Assembly (NCBI RefSeq): GCF_006345805.1
Contig: NC_042997.1
Location: 166,656,001-166,720,000 of the forward strand
Reading direction: 5' to 3'
Origin: Octopus sinensis
Lineage: Eukaryota
DNA: 64,000 nucleotides
Shown: one piece after another, positions 63,744-64,000 of the stretch
Layout of the letters: the number at the start of each line of letters is the position of its first letter
Numbering within the stretch: the stretch's first letter is position 1
Program-made: the position numbers and the translations under genes
The notes under the pieces: generated by a model
Database searches by the model: none
What the model saw: the letters and a program-made list of their open reading frames with translations, nothing else
Told to the model about the DNA's origin: nothing

Positions 63744-64000
63744 GGTGATCGTAATTTTTACTTGGTCATACAAGATCGAGACTTTGATGTTCAAGAGACA
63801 AAGGGCTTCTTTCTACCACCGGTGGGATGAAAGCCTAGTTAAAGTGTATCGATTTGTGTTTCCACGATTCTACTTAGATGGTTTATTTGATTGAGTGGTG
63901 TTGTATAGCCACAGGTAATCTCTGATCGAGCAAATTTATGACGTTAGGCATTCCCGATGCGATTATACTGTTGTAGCGTACCTTAGTGAGGTCCTCTCTA

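Overview
AT-rich, repeat-dense animal genomic DNA. The SINE/LINE repertoire (tRNA-Arg-headed OR-type SINEs, RTE-tailed repeats, Penelope fragments) points to an octopod cephalopod; this is inference, not a database result. Three host coding segments lie on the minus strand. Two are ninjurin-family core exons (32307-32702 and 52506-52862), each entered through a phase-0 splice acceptor and ending in its own stop codon. The third is an acidic, disordered 196-codon first exon (15708-16295) with a TATA box and a phase-0 donor, whose partner exon is not visible in the window. The remainder is transposon-derived: SINE arrays, RTE, CR1/L2 and R4-Dong LINE fragments, a Ty3/Gypsy remnant, Penelope fragments, a hAT-Charlie deletion derivative with an 8-bp TSD, piggyBac-like TTAA MITEs, two Helitrons, long palindromes and microsatellites. 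The most notable observations are (i) the ninjurin tandem or alternative-last-exon architecture, with the second copy lacking three conserved glycines, and (ii) several minimal type-I hammerhead ribozyme motifs, including a U3-A8 covariant inside a ~460-bp near-perfect palindrome and one behind a tRNA-like Pol III head. All alignments and foldings were done by eye, and many repeat boundaries are approximate (+/-20-50 bp).
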